This document shows positions 63,375-64,000 of a stretch of DNA of 64,000 bases, one piece after another. The notes beneath the pieces are model-generated. The model did not search any database and was not told the DNA's origin. It worked only from the letters and a program-made list of their open reading frames with translations. This DNA comes from Octopus sinensis (lineage: Eukaryota). The stretch is taken from contig NC_042998.1 in NCBI RefSeq assembly GCF_006345805.1, positions 205,468,001-205,532,000 on the forward strand, written 5' to 3'. The translations under genes were made by a program, and so were the position numbers. Every line of letters starts with the position of its first letter. The first letter of the stretch is position 1.

Positions 63375-63660
63375 GGATGGCACTGCATAATACCAAAGAT
63401 CCTTTCTTCTTCATTTCAAACAGGTCCCAGTATTTCAACAGCTTGGGTTTCAGGGGACAACAACCTTCAAAAAACACATGGACAAATTTCTATCTGAAAT
63501 CGCAGATGAGCCCACATTTGCACAGGGGGCACAAACAAGAGCAGCCCCTTCTAACTCGCTTCTTCACCAAAAACTGTACAGAAAAGAGACCCCAAAACAC
63601 TGAAAGACAGTGCTCCAGTATGGCCCCAGATTCTAGCTGAAACCGGTAAAAGAATACCTG
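63375..63660 (+). pseudogene. CR1/L2-group 3' fragment (family of 47560-48450)
   Basis: GWHCIIPKI...YFNSLGFRG is homologous to GCHCIVSKI...CNSFGFKG. Confidence 0.6.
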
Positions 63661-63819
63661 TTCTACAAGATATTTTTGTCAAACTACTAAATCATGAGGA
63701 TGTAAACAAACCAACACCGGTTGTCAAGTGGTAGGTGGGGACAATATAAATATCAATACAAAGACATACATGCATGCATATACATCCTTACATTCCTTAC
63801 AAAGAAACATATATGTATG

Positions 63820-63878
<59 letters not shown>

Positions 63879-64000
63879 TACTAATTTATTGAAAAAATAA
63901 ATAACTAAACGAGTGGAAATTGAATTGTTGAGTTTGTTAATTAATTAGGCATTAAAACAGAATGACTCTCTCCAGATACAATAAAATATGCTTCAACACA

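Overview
AT-rich, microsatellite-saturated animal genomic DNA. The SINE, LINE and Helitron repertoire resembles that of octopus (coleoid cephalopod); this is an inference from repeat families, with no database check. There is one recognisable host gene: a Tctex1-domain dynein light chain coding exon on the minus strand (25156-25761). Almost everything else is transposon-derived: tRNA-derived SINEs, RTE, CR1 and CRE non-LTR retrotransposons, a solo LTR, mariner and Tigger/pogo transposase pseudogenes, a hAT MITE, Helitron/Helentron non-autonomous elements and Penelope-like (PLE) remnants. The most notable signal is not shown by the ORF track. At least six unrelated sequence families of type I hammerhead ribozyme motifs (CUGAUGA...GAAAC...GUH with paired stems) sit in fold-back or inverted elements, most of them inserted in (TA)n tracts. 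Five of these motifs, from three families, cluster within about 3.7 kb (20463-24117) just downstream of the Tctex1 gene, and one family is linked to a PLE GIY-YIG endonuclease remnant. Also notable are an RTE insertion with twin-priming-like 5' inversion geometry, RTE copies with a PHD-like finger inside the RT region, an RTE with an in-place inversion and fold-back, and a CRE-clade element. All alignments and folds were done by eye; boundaries are approximate unless TSD/TIR coordinates are quoted.
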